DNA of 64,000 nt, taken from positions 682,001 through 746,000 of the forward strand of contig NEEC01000024.1 of assembly GCA_002189035.1 (NCBI GenBank). Direction: 5' to 3'. The stretch comes from Utricularia gibba (taxonomy: Eukaryota; Plantae; Magnoliophyta). The notes beneath the pieces are model-generated. The model searched no databases. It worked only from the letters and a program-made list of their open reading frames with translations, and had not been told where the DNA came from. The translations under genes and the position numbers were made by a program. This document shows, in pieces, positions 63,596 to 64,000 of the stretch (its first letter is position 1; every line of letters begins with the position of its first letter).

Positions 63596-64000
63596 TATTA
63601 ACGCTACATATGAAATAAGTAATTTGGTAGGAGTCCAATACACAAATGTGTTGGACTCCTATCACATTACTTATTTCGTAGGTGTCATTAATGTGAGATA
63701 TACACAGGTGTGGTTTATGCACAATCTATGTTTGTGTGTTGGATTTCTACCAAATTACTTATTTCATTGGTAGTGTTAATACAGGATATACATGGGCGTG
63801 GTTTATGTATAATCTACGTTCATGTATTGGACTCTTATCAAATTACTTATTTCATAGATAGCGTTAATGTACATAACCCACGTGCGTGTGTTGGACTTCT
63901 ATCAAATTACTTATTTCGTAGGTGGTGTTAATATCTAACACTACATGGGTGTGGTTTATGCGTAACCCACGTTCGTGTGTTGGACTCCTTCCAAATTACT
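63596..64000. repeat. ~88-bp tandem repeat with one inverted partial unit; runs off the window end
   Basis: Units start GTRTTGGAY at 63648, 63736, 63824, 63888 (64-bp spacing) and 63977. Inverted copy at ~63596-63643. Confidence 0.9.

Noticed and set aside
63648-64000. Regularly spaced repeat as a CRISPR array
   Set aside because: Whole units are homologous (no unique spacers), the context is eukaryotic and there are no cas genes.

Overview
Plant (angiosperm) nuclear DNA with two compact gene clusters separated by a ~31 kb transposon-rich, gene-free island. Left cluster (4-15 kb): an intron-containing RLP24 pseudogene, a small conserved unknown protein, an FSK-type dehydrin, ESV1, a DUF760 plastid protein and a DHHC S-acyltransferase. 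Right cluster (46-59 kb, all minus strand): CESA6-clade cellulose synthase, a PLM-like sphingomyelin-synthase-family gene and a UGT80B1-like sterol glucosyltransferase. The repeat content includes a TSD-bounded, multiply nested Copia element (15372-24112), four ~1.1 kb solo LTRs each with a perfect 5-bp TSD, further Athila-like LTR/PBS remnants, two MuDR and two PIF/Harbinger remnants, and an ~88-bp satellite with a head-to-head inversion at the right edge. Two 1-nt deletions in G/C runs break UGT80B1, and a similar one may hide the ESV1 start; these are either assembly errors or real lesions. I found no CRISPR, rRNA, tRNA or recognisable miRNA, and no clearly new biological system. The best leads are the CesA-PLM-UGT80B1 neighbourhood and the ESV1 uORF/frameshift. 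All comparisons were made by eye and homolog names come from memory.
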